From an uncultured SAR86 cluster bacterium (GTDB taxonomy: Bacteria > Pseudomonadota > Gammaproteobacteria > Magnimaribacterales > D2472), in assembly GCA_902623535.1 (NCBI GenBank), contig CACNUA010000002.1, positions 74,222 through 138,221 of the forward strand: a DNA stretch of 64,000 bases, in the 5' to 3' direction. The translations under genes and the position numbers were made by a program. Shown one piece after another: positions 17,769-26,620 of this stretch. The notes below the pieces were generated by a model. The model did no database searches, was not told where the DNA came from, and saw only the letters and a program-made list of their open reading frames with translations. Each line of letters starts with the position of its first letter. Within the stretch, counting starts at the first letter, position 1.

Positions 17769-19542
17769 TCTTATACGAATAGCTAATTGCAGTGGTTATT
17801 ATGGAGATAAGTTATCTGCAGCTAAAGAAATGGTTGAGGGAGGCCCTATAGACGTTCTTACTGGAGATTATTTAGCAGAACTGACAATGACAATTCTTTT
17901 CAATCAAAGAATGCAAAGAGGTGAGGATAAAGGCTACGTAGGAACATTTTTAAAACAAATAAAAGAAATTGCGCACACATGTGAATCGAAGAACATTAAA
18001 GTAGTGACCAATGCTGGAGGTTTAAATCCACAATCAATGGCAAATGAAATTGAAAAGATTCTTGCTGAATTAAAAATTGATCTCAAGGTAGCCTTCATTA
18101 CTGGTGATGACTTGATGCCACGAATGGAAAATTTGATTCAATTAAACGAACCTTTTAATAACATTGATAAAGGTATGCCTCTTCAAGAATCTGAATATCA
18201 TACACTTACAGCAAATGCTTATATAGGAGCATGGGGTATCAAGGAGGCTTTAGATCTAGGAGCAGACATAGTTGTTTGCCCAAGAGTAACTGACGCTGCA
18301 GTAGTTATAGGTCCGGCTGCATGGAAATTTGGTTGGCAGCGTAACGATTATGACAAATTAGCAGGTGCTTTAGCTGCTGGTCATATTATTGAATGTGGCT
18401 GCCAGGCAACAGGTGGTAATTATGCTTTTTTTAAAGAAGTTCCAAGCTTTGATAACGTAGGCTATCCAATAGCAGAAATTCTTGAGGATGGTAGCTTTTA
18501 TATCACGAAGCATCCTGGAACAGGAGGGCTTGTATCGACAGGAACAGTAACGGCACAATTGTTATATGAAATTTCTACTCCTGCTTATATAAATCCTGAT
18601 GTTGTTGCTCATTTTGATACTTTAAAAATTGAACAAACCGAAAAAGATAAAGTATTTGTTTCGGGTTGTAGAGGAAGCTCGCCTCCAGAAAAACATAAAG
18701 TGTGCATTAACCTTGCCGGAGGTTATAGAAATGGTATGGAGCTAGTTTTAACAGGATTGGATATTGAGGAGAAAGCTAAAATATTTACAGATACTTTATT
18801 CAACTCTGTAGGGGGAAGAGAACAATTTGATGAGGTTTCAATTCATCTTGATAGGAATGATAAAGATGATCCTAACACTAATGAAGAAGCAATGGCTGCT
18901 CTAAGAATAAATGTAAAATCAAAAGATAAAGAACTTGTTGGCAGACTTTTTAGTGCAAAGATTATTGAATTAGCATTATCAAACTATCCTGGCTTTTTTG
19001 CTGGTGGTGGAGTTAAATCTGGTGGCCCGGTACTCATTTATTGGCCAGCATTAGTAGACTCAAAGCATATCAATGAAGTGGTTCATTTCAATGGTAAATC
19101 GAAAAAACTTAAGCCAACAAGTCAGTTAAATTTTGAAGAAATTTACTATCAAACAGAGCCTGTAAAAATACCAGATGCTCCAAAAGGTGAAACAAGACAT
19201 GTCCCTCTAGGAACGTTGTTTGGGGCAAGATCAGGAGATAAAGGTGGTTGTGCAAATTTAGGAGTGTGGGCAAAAGATTTAGATGCGTTTGCATTTTTGA
19301 GTTCATTTCTAACAATTGAAAGGCTTAAAGAATTAATGCCTGATCTCAAAGAATTTAAAATAGAGAGATTTGATCTTCCAAACATCCTTTCTCTTAATTT
19401 TTATATTCACGATATTCTAGAAGATGGCGTTTCATCTAATTCACGAAAAGATGCCCAGGCAAAATCTTTAGGAGAATACCTTAGAGCAAAAAAAGCAAAT
19501 ATCCCCTCTTCTCTTTTGGAGACTGTAAATGAATATCGATAA
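17761..19542 (+). CDS. atuA: acyclic terpene utilization AtuA family protein (DUF1446)
   Basis: 593 aa. The N-terminal IANCSGYYGDKLSAAKEMVEGGPIDVLTGDYLAELTM matches the AtuA/DUF1446 signature as I recall it. The context with carboxylase, hydratase and ACAD genes matches the atu cluster. Confidence 0.7.
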   Translation: MTDLIRIANCSGYYGDKLSAAKEMVEGGPIDVLTGDYLAELTMTILFNQRMQRGEDKGYVGTFLKQIKEIAHTCESKNIKVVTNAGGLNPQSMANEIEKILAELKIDLKVAFITGDDLMPRMENLIQLNEPFNNIDKGMPLQESEYHTLTANAYIGAWGIKEALDLGADIVVCPRVTDAAVVIGPAAWKFGWQRNDYDKLAGALAAGHIIECGCQATGGNYAFFKEVPSFDNVGYPIAEILEDGSFYITKHPGTGGLVSTGTVTAQLLYEISTPAYINPDVVAHFDTLKIEQTEKDKVFVSGCRGSSPPEKHKVCINLAGGYRNGMELVLTGLDIEEKAKIFTDTLFNSVGGREQFDEVSIHLDRNDKDDPNTNEEAMAALRINVKSKDKELVGRLFSAKIIELALSNYPGFFAGGGVKSGGPVLIYWPALVDSKHINEVVHFNGKSKKLKPTSQLNFEEIYYQTEPVKIPDAPKGETRHVPLGTLFGARSGDKGGCANLGVWAKDLDAFAFLSSFLTIERLKELMPDLKEFKIERFDLPNILSLNFYIHDILEDGVSSNSRKDAQAKSLGEYLRAKKANIPSSLLETVNEYR

Positions 19543-20344
19543 AAAAATCTTGTCAATGAATAATTTAAAGTTTGGTGCTTTGATAGTGAATGAAAATGAT
19601 CATATCTTAAACCTAAAATTAAACAGACCTGAAAGAAAAAACGCTATCAATGACATGATGGCGAATGAGTTAATTTACTGCCTAACTTATGCAGATCAGA
19701 ATCAAAATATAAGAGTTGTTGTAATTGAAGCAGCTGGAGATATTTTTTGTGCTGGTGGTGATCTCAGAAGTATGTCAGGAAAAGAAGAATCAGAGCAATC
19801 AAGTGTTCCTAAGGTTGGTGGAGGCACTGAGGATATTAGCATTAGAATTAGAAAACTTAACAAACCAGTTATTTGTAAAATACAAGGTAGTGTTTTAGCT
19901 GGAGCGTTGTTAATGGTAACTAACTCAACTCATGCGGTTGCAGTTAGAGAAGCTAAATTTTCAGCACCTGAAATAAAAAGAGGGATCTGGCCTTTCATGG
20001 TCATGGCAGGCTTATTTAGACTAATGCCCAAAAGGCAAGGACTTGACTTCATTATGCGAGGCAATGCTATTGATGCCGAAACGGCAAAAGAATATGGCTT
20101 AATCAACAAAGTAGTAAAGGCTAAAGATCTTGACAAGATTGTTGACGACATTGCTAATGAACTAGCAAGCCTAGCACCTACCACCATGAGACAAGGTCTA
20201 ACTGCTTACAATGCTCAAGATGATTTAAACTTTGATGAGGCAATTCCTTTTTTAAAAGATGAGCTAGCAAAATGTCTAAAAGGTGAAGATGCAAAAGAAG
20301 GCATAACAGCATTCTTAGAAAAGAGACCTCCTAACTGGAAATAA
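19529..20344 (+). CDS. enoyl-CoA hydratase/isomerase family protein
   Basis: Crotonase fold: RPERKNAIN, VVVIEAAGDIFCAGGDLRSM, and a GSVLAGALLM oxyanion-hole region. Confidence 0.85.
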   Translation: MNIDKKILSMNNLKFGALIVNENDHILNLKLNRPERKNAINDMMANELIYCLTYADQNQNIRVVVIEAAGDIFCAGGDLRSMSGKEESEQSSVPKVGGGTEDISIRIRKLNKPVICKIQGSVLAGALLMVTNSTHAVAVREAKFSAPEIKRGIWPFMVMAGLFRLMPKRQGLDFIMRGNAIDAETAKEYGLINKVVKAKDLDKIVDDIANELASLAPTTMRQGLTAYNAQDDLNFDEAIPFLKDELAKCLKGEDAKEGITAFLEKRPPNWK

Positions 20345-20359
20345 TTTTATAGGGTAAAC

Positions 20360-21589
20360 ATGGATCTACATTACAGTAAAGAATATTTAGATTTTGAAAA
20401 AGAAGTGAAGGCTTTTTGTAAAAAATATGATGGTGTTACTTTCACAGATGCAAGCAAGAATCCTCTTGCAAGCTCAAGCAGCAAGAAAAAAAAGATACAA
20501 ATAACCAGGAGTGAGTGGCAAAAAATTCTTATCGAACAAGGTTACTTTGCAAGAGCAGTTCCAAAAGAATATGGGGGATATGGTGGTGAGCCAGACATTC
20601 TAAAAAGCAGAATAATTGCAACTGAGTTCTCTAGAGCAAAGACACCTGCTCCAATGGGAGGCCAAGGGATAGATATGTTGGTACCTACCCTACTTGAAAT
20701 GGGTACGGATCAACAAAAAGAGAAATACATAAAACCAACACTTCATGGTGAGATGATTTGGTGCCAAGGCTACTCTGAGCCAAATGCAGGTAGCGATCTT
20801 GCTGCGCTGCAAACGAAAGGTGAATTAATTGATGGTGAATGGGTAATTAATGGGCAAAAGATTTGGACCTCAACAGCTCAATATTCGCAGATGATGTTTT
20901 GCTTAGTCAGAACAGAACCTGAGGCTCAAAAACATTCAGGTATAAGCTATTTATTAATTCCAATGGATTCAGAGGGTATCGAAGTAAGACCATTAGTAGA
21001 TATGACAATGAAAGCAGGATTTAATGAAGTATTTTTTACTGATGTAAAAATTCCTGAAACAAATATTGTCGGTAAACGTGGTGAAGGCTGGGCGGTTGCA
21101 AATGCAACACTTGGTCATGAGCGAGGATCATTGGCTCCACCTGATGCAATTATGAATAGAGTACACATGCTTATTGATTTAATGAAAGAAGAAAAGCTTG
21201 ACGGTAAGCCACTGATTGAGCATCCAATTTACAGGGATAGGCTTATGAAGATCCAAGGCAAAGTTATGGCTTCCCAGTCTCATGCACTGAGATTATTGTC
21301 AGCTAAGTTGAATCCTGGTCAAGATGTAAAGGTTGGCAAAATGATTCAAAAATTAGTTGGTACTGAGTTAAGACATGAACTGGAGGGGTTAGCGATTGAT
21401 GTTATGGGTGAGATTGGAGTGCTCTATGAGGATAGTCCCCACCTTCGTGATAAAGGATCATGGCAATTTATTTATATGTATTTCCTAGGATTAATTATCG
21501 GTGGTGGCACTAGTCAAATACAAAAAAATATTATTTCCGAACGTGGGCTTGGGCTCCCTAAGGAACCTAAAATTCAAGGAGTACAATAA
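20360..21589 (+). CDS. acyl-CoA dehydrogenase family protein (first of a second tandem pair)
   Basis: WCQGYSEPNAGSDLAAL, INGQKIWTS and C-terminal GGGTSQIQKNIISER. Paralog of ORF 4443..5636. Confidence 0.85.
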   Translation: MDLHYSKEYLDFEKEVKAFCKKYDGVTFTDASKNPLASSSSKKKKIQITRSEWQKILIEQGYFARAVPKEYGGYGGEPDILKSRIIATEFSRAKTPAPMGGQGIDMLVPTLLEMGTDQQKEKYIKPTLHGEMIWCQGYSEPNAGSDLAALQTKGELIDGEWVINGQKIWTSTAQYSQMMFCLVRTEPEAQKHSGISYLLIPMDSEGIEVRPLVDMTMKAGFNEVFFTDVKIPETNIVGKRGEGWAVANATLGHERGSLAPPDAIMNRVHMLIDLMKEEKLDGKPLIEHPIYRDRLMKIQGKVMASQSHALRLLSAKLNPGQDVKVGKMIQKLVGTELRHELEGLAIDVMGEIGVLYEDSPHLRDKGSWQFIYMYFLGLIIGGGTSQIQKNIISERGLGLPKEPKIQGVQ

Positions 21590-21591
21590 AA

Positions 21592-22677
21592 ATGTATTTT
21601 GGTTTATCAGAGGATCAAATTTTCTTTCAAGATAATATTAAGAAATTTCTTGAAGAGAATTTATCAGTAGACATTCTTAGAAAAATTGCAGCTGATGATC
21701 GAACATTCGCAAATGATATTCATGATGGAATTGTTAATTTAGGCATCAATGGTCTTCTAGTCCCAGAGGAATTTGGAGGACTTGGATTAGACATATTGTT
21801 TGCAGCGGCAATATCAGAAGCATTGGGATATGGAGCAGGAGCATCACCTTTCATAGGATCTTATGTCATGGCACCATTAGCTATTATTGGTGGTGGATCA
21901 GATGAACAAAAGCAAAATTATTTAACCAAAATTGCATCTAATGAAGTTAAATTTGGAGTTGGATTTTCGGCGCTCACTGGAGCACGAGACAACTCAGAAA
22001 TTCAAATTAAAGGAAATAAAATTTCAGGCAGATCACTTTTTGTCTTGGATTATGAATATGCAACGCATTTTTTGATCTCTGATATAAATGGGTGCATTGG
22101 AATCATTGATGCGCAAGCAAATGGAATAGATTTAGTTGAACTTAAAACAATTGATAGAACTAGAAATGTATGTGAATTGATACTAAAAAATGTTGATTTT
22201 AAAATACTTGAGCAAACAAAAAATTCAAAAAATACTGCCGAAAAAGTAATTGATGCAGGAAGAATAATGCTGGCAGCTGACTCACTTGGAGCTGCTCAAA
22301 ATATGATTAATAAAGCTGTTGATTATGCAAAAGAAAGAAAACAATTTGGTAGAGCTATCGGTTCTTTTCAGGCTGTAAAGCACATGTGTGCAGAGATGGT
22401 TGCTGAATTAGAGCCCTGCTACGCCTTGGTGTGGCATGCAGCTCATGCACAAAAACATTTGCCTAATGAAGCAAGGCTGATGGCATGCCAAGCTAAATCT
22501 CATTTGAGTGATGTAACTAAAGAAGTAGCAAAAAAGTCAACAGAAGTTCATGGAGGTATGGGTTTTACAGACTTATTAGGACTACATTATTGGTTCAAAA
22601 GAATTGGCTTAAATAGACAATTATTGGGCACGCCAGAACGTGTACGTGAAGAAGCAGCATTACTGCAACTTAACTAA
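21592..22677 (+). CDS. acyl-CoA dehydrogenase family protein (second of a second tandem pair)
   Basis: ERKQFGRAIGSFQAVKHMCAEM and TEVHGGMGFTDLLGLHYWFKR. Paralog of ORF 5649..6788. The C-terminal motif is degenerate (LGTPERV). Confidence 0.8.
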   Translation: MYFGLSEDQIFFQDNIKKFLEENLSVDILRKIAADDRTFANDIHDGIVNLGINGLLVPEEFGGLGLDILFAAAISEALGYGAGASPFIGSYVMAPLAIIGGGSDEQKQNYLTKIASNEVKFGVGFSALTGARDNSEIQIKGNKISGRSLFVLDYEYATHFLISDINGCIGIIDAQANGIDLVELKTIDRTRNVCELILKNVDFKILEQTKNSKNTAEKVIDAGRIMLAADSLGAAQNMINKAVDYAKERKQFGRAIGSFQAVKHMCAEMVAELEPCYALVWHAAHAQKHLPNEARLMACQAKSHLSDVTKEVAKKSTEVHGGMGFTDLLGLHYWFKRIGLNRQLLGTPERVREEAALLQLN

Positions 22678-23275
22678 TCTGCAATTGGTCCTCAAGTAAT
22701 TGAATCCTGTCATTGCCAAAAAACATAGAGTCCTTAAAAAAATATGTTGGTGATCCGAAGCCACCTCTATCAATTAACTCCTGAGTATTTTCCTTTAATG
22801 TATTTTTTGTGGTCTCTTGATTTATAAAATTTAAGAAAACATTTGAATCTACGTTTAAATCCTCACATATTTGAGAAATTACATTATCTTGGGAAATATC
22901 TTTATCGTCTGTCCAGTAAGCTTTAAAAATTCTGAGGGCATAATCAGATATTTGTTCTTGCTTATTAAAAAATAAGGCGCCCCGCATCGCTTTTACAGAA
23001 TTGATGGGAAAGATGGTTGGCCAATTAATTATTATGTTCCTTACTTTGGCCCACATTTTTAGATCTTGGTTGTAGTAACTTGATTTTAATGGGTTTGGTT
23101 TGGCTCTTAATTTATATACTTCATCGTTCACCGAATTAAAGATACCTCCTACGAGAATTGGTAAGAATTTAACCTCAATGTTGTACTTAAAAGAAATCTC
23201 ATTAATGCCAACAAAGCCTAAATATGTCCAAGGGCTTGAACAATCGAAGTAGAATTCGATATAGTTACTATTCAT
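22670..23275 (-). CDS. 2-hydroxychromene-2-carboxylate isomerase / DsbA-like thioredoxin-fold family protein
   Basis: 201 aa. The N-terminal IEFYFDCSSPWTYLGF and C-terminal GGFGSPTYFF...FFGNDRI are typical of the HCCA isomerase family. Confidence 0.7.
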   Translation of the reverse strand: MNSNYIEFYFDCSSPWTYLGFVGINEISFKYNIEVKFLPILVGGIFNSVNDEVYKLRAKPNPLKSSYYNQDLKMWAKVRNIIINWPTIFPINSVKAMRGALFFNKQEQISDYALRIFKAYWTDDKDISQDNVISQICEDLNVDSNVFLNFINQETTKNTLKENTQELIDRGGFGSPTYFFKDSMFFGNDRIQLLEDQLQIS

Positions 23276-23294
23276 CTTTGTAAGTTTATTCCAA

Positions 23295-25352
23295 ATGATA
23301 ATTTTTAGAAATTTAAATTTATTTTTATGCCTGATTTACACAGGTTTTATACTTGCAGTAGATGTTGATTTAGACATCAAACCAACATTAAAAAATCAAA
23401 AAATACAAAAAGAAATTATTAAAAAAGTTAAAGAAGAGCACTTTTTTAAAGTTAATAATATTGTTGATATAAATAATATTTTTCAACAAAAACTAATTGA
23501 AAGTCTTGATCCTTCAAAACTTTACTTTACTAAATTGGAAGTTGAGCAATATCAGAACAATTTCAACAACGAGATTTTTGATCTAAACAATAGCTTTGAA
23601 ATATTGAATAAATATTTTAATAGACTAGTTGAGGCAACTTCATTTCAAATTGAAATCTTAAATGATTATAGTTTTGATTTTTCTAAATCTGAATATATTG
23701 ACATCTATTCTGATGATAACCAATGGAAATCAACTTTTGCAGAACTTCGAAAAGAATGGTTTCTTCTGACAAAAAATGATTTATTAAATGAAGTCCTTGA
23801 TGCAGATATATCTGAAGAAACTGAAATCAAGCAAACACTTATTGATAGATATGAACGTAGAATAAGAAGAATTTCTCAACGCAATAACGAAGATTATTTT
23901 TCTATCATTATGAATAACTTCACTGATCAGTTTGATCCTCATTCAGCTTATCTCTCACCAAAATCTGCAGAAGATTTTGATATGCAAATGAGCCTAAGTC
24001 TTGAGGGGATTGGCGCCCTATTAGGAATTGAGGATGATTATGCAAAAGTTGTTAGTTTAGTTCCTGGCGGGCCTGCAGCTAAATCAAATCAATTATCACC
24101 AGACGATAGGATAGTTTCTATTAGACAAGCATATGAAGAAAAAAGTACTGACGTAGTTGGTTGGAGAATTGATGAAATCGTAAAACTGATTCGCGGAGAT
24201 GCGGGTACTGAAGTTGAGTTAGAAATCATGCCATCAAAATCTCTTGATTCCTCTGAACGAAAATTTGTGACACTTTTAAGAGAAGAAGTTCAACTAGAAG
24301 AACAAGCAGCAAAAAGTAAAATAATCGTTGTCGATTCGGAAATAAGAAACTATAAAGTTGGAATTATCGAGTTGCCAGCATTTTACATAGACTTCAATGC
24401 ATGGAGAGATAGAGACCCTAATTTTAGGAGTAGTTCCAGGGATGTTGAAGATATTCTCAAATTATTTAATCAGGAAAATATTGATGCTGTACTAGTTGAC
24501 CTAAGAGGAAATTCTGGTGGGTCTTTATATGAAGCTAATAAATTAACTGGTTTGTTTGTTGCGTCTGGAGCAACTGTTCAGGTAAAGGAAAGTTCGGGAA
24601 ATATTAGGCCTTGGGGTGATGGAAGGGCTAAACAAATATGGAAAAAACCTGTTGCAGTTCTAGTGGATAGGTACTCAGCCTCTGCTTCAGAAATTTTTGC
24701 GGGGGCAATCCAAGACTACAAAAGAGGTATTGTAATTGGGCATAGAACATTTGGAAAAGGAACTGTCCAGCGTCTTGATGATCTTAGTGATGGTCAAATT
24801 AAAATCACTGAATCAAAATTTTATAGAGTCAGTGGTTCCAGTACACAAGCAAAAGGAATTGAACCAGATATTGTATTGCCTTCTACATGGGATATTGAAG
24901 AAACTGGTGAAAGTTCGTTAGATGAATCGCTCCCTTGGGATACTATTCGGCCTATTAGACATCGAACATATAATCTTAATAACTTTGCAATACAGAAAGC
25001 GTCAGAGAATCACCTTTATAGATTATCCAATGACCCTAATATGCTATATATGCAAAAAGTTCGAAAAAAATATGACCAACGTAAAAATAGAAAGAAGCTT
25101 TCATTAAATATTGAAGAAAGGGAAAAAGATAAATTAGATAGAAGATCTTGGATTTTAAATACTGAAAATTCTAGAAGAAGTCTCTTAAATATGGATGTAT
25201 TTAATTCCTATGATGATTTAGAAGCCTTTAGAGATGATATTGATTTAGATGAAATCTCTATGGAGAATGATTTTCTCCTTAATGAGTCGAAGAATATAAT
25301 TATCGATTACTTAAAATTTAGCTCTCCACTAATTGCAGCTAATAAGAATTGA
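23295..25352 (+). CDS. prc: carboxy-terminal processing (tail-specific) protease, S41 family
   Basis: 685 aa with a signal/anchor N-terminus, a PDZ region (GIGALLG...VVSLVPGGPAAKS) and S41 catalytic motifs (DLRGNSGGSL, SASASEIFAGAIQDY...GTFGKGTVQ). Confidence 0.85.
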   Translation: MIIFRNLNLFLCLIYTGFILAVDVDLDIKPTLKNQKIQKEIIKKVKEEHFFKVNNIVDINNIFQQKLIESLDPSKLYFTKLEVEQYQNNFNNEIFDLNNSFEILNKYFNRLVEATSFQIEILNDYSFDFSKSEYIDIYSDDNQWKSTFAELRKEWFLLTKNDLLNEVLDADISEETEIKQTLIDRYERRIRRISQRNNEDYFSIIMNNFTDQFDPHSAYLSPKSAEDFDMQMSLSLEGIGALLGIEDDYAKVVSLVPGGPAAKSNQLSPDDRIVSIRQAYEEKSTDVVGWRIDEIVKLIRGDAGTEVELEIMPSKSLDSSERKFVTLLREEVQLEEQAAKSKIIVVDSEIRNYKVGIIELPAFYIDFNAWRDRDPNFRSSSRDVEDILKLFNQENIDAVLVDLRGNSGGSLYEANKLTGLFVASGATVQVKESSGNIRPWGDGRAKQIWKKPVAVLVDRYSASASEIFAGAIQDYKRGIVIGHRTFGKGTVQRLDDLSDGQIKITESKFYRVSGSSTQAKGIEPDIVLPSTWDIEETGESSLDESLPWDTIRPIRHRTYNLNNFAIQKASENHLYRLSNDPNMLYMQKVRKKYDQRKNRKKLSLNIEEREKDKLDRRSWILNTENSRRSLLNMDVFNSYDDLEAFRDDIDLDEISMENDFLLNESKNIIIDYLKFSSPLIAANKN

Positions 25353-26161
25353 TGAAAATTATATCTTTCAACATAAATAGTGTTAGGGCTAGGCCTCATC
25401 AACTTGAGTTTATTCGCGACAATCTTAAACCTGACATTATTGGACTTCAAGAAACTAAGGTACATGATGATGAGTTTCCCAAAGAATTGATCAATGATAT
25501 CGGCTATCACTGTGAATTCTGGGGTCAAAAAGGACATTATGGTGTTGCTTTACTGAGCAAAAAAAAGCCATTGGAAATTGTAAAAGGATTTACAAAAGAT
25601 ACTGATGAAGATCAAAAAAGGTTTATTCAGGGGAAATATAAATTTAATAATGATGAAGTCTACATATTGAATGGCTACTTTCCTCAAGGTGAAAATAGAA
25701 ATCATGAATCAAAGTTTCCAAAAAAGATTAAATACTATAAAGATTTAAAAAATCATATTAAAAAATTAAAGAAATCCTCATCGAATATTATTGTTATGGG
25801 GGACTTTAATGTTGCTCCTGGTGTGAATGATATTGGAATTGGTGAAGTAAATGCAAAGAGGTGGCTTCGTGAGGGTAAATGTGCATTTTTACCTGAAGAA
25901 ATTGAGATGTGGAATTCAATAAAGAATCTCGGATTTATCGATAGCTGGAGAGAACAAAATCCAGATGAAAATTCAATATATTCTTGGTTTGATTATAGAT
26001 CAAGAATGTTCGATGATAATCCAAAAAGAGGTCTGAGAATTGATCATATTCTAGTTACAAAAGAATTATCTAAGTCAATCAAATCTACCGGGATTGATTA
26101 TGAGGCTAGAGCAATGGAGAAACCATCAGATCACTGTCCTGTTTGGGTTGAAATCAGTTAA
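25349..26161 (+). CDS. xthA: exodeoxyribonuclease III
   Basis: 270 aa. KIISFNINSVRAR...IIGLQETK at the N-terminus, GDFNVAP, and C-terminal RIDHILV...PSDHCPVWVEI (EEP nuclease family, Xth type). Confidence 0.9.
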   Translation: MMKIISFNINSVRARPHQLEFIRDNLKPDIIGLQETKVHDDEFPKELINDIGYHCEFWGQKGHYGVALLSKKKPLEIVKGFTKDTDEDQKRFIQGKYKFNNDEVYILNGYFPQGENRNHESKFPKKIKYYKDLKNHIKKLKKSSSNIIVMGDFNVAPGVNDIGIGEVNAKRWLREGKCAFLPEEIEMWNSIKNLGFIDSWREQNPDENSIYSWFDYRSRMFDDNPKRGLRIDHILVTKELSKSIKSTGIDYEARAMEKPSDHCPVWVEIS

Positions 26162-26616
26162 TTATTCTTCCTTTTGTTACGAAAGAAATCTTGCAGTAAC
26201 TCAATTGACTCTTTTTCTAAATATCCCCCTTCGGAAATAACTTTATGATTATGAAATGAACTGTCATAAAAATTATCTACTGATTTAATTGATCCAGTCT
26301 TTGGCTCTCGTGCTCCATAATAAAGATTCGAAATTCTTGCATGAATTATTGCTGATGCACACATGTGACATGGTTCCAATGTACAGTAAATTGATGCATC
26401 TATTAGCCTATAATTTGAAATTTTATGACATGCATTCTCTATAGCATTTATTTCAGCATGCTGTGTAGGTGAATTTTTCTCAATGCACCTATTCCTTCCT
26501 AAAGCAATAACCTCATTATTAATTGCAATGACGCAACCAACCGGAACCTCTCCACTAGAAAATGAAATTTTAGCTTGCTCTAAAGCTAATCTCATGAATT
26601 TTTCATTGTAGGCCAA
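26158..26616 (-). CDS. tadA: tRNA adenosine(34) deaminase
   Basis: 152 aa with the HAEINAI and TLEPCHMCASAI CDA zinc motifs and TadA length. Confidence 0.9.
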   Translation of the reverse strand: MAYNEKFMRLALEQAKISFSSGEVPVGCVIAINNEVIALGRNRCIEKNSPTQHAEINAIENACHKISNYRLIDASIYCTLEPCHMCASAIIHARISNLYYGAREPKTGSIKSVDNFYDSSFHNHKVISEGGYLEKESIELLQDFFRNKRKNN

Positions 26617-26620
26617 AAAA

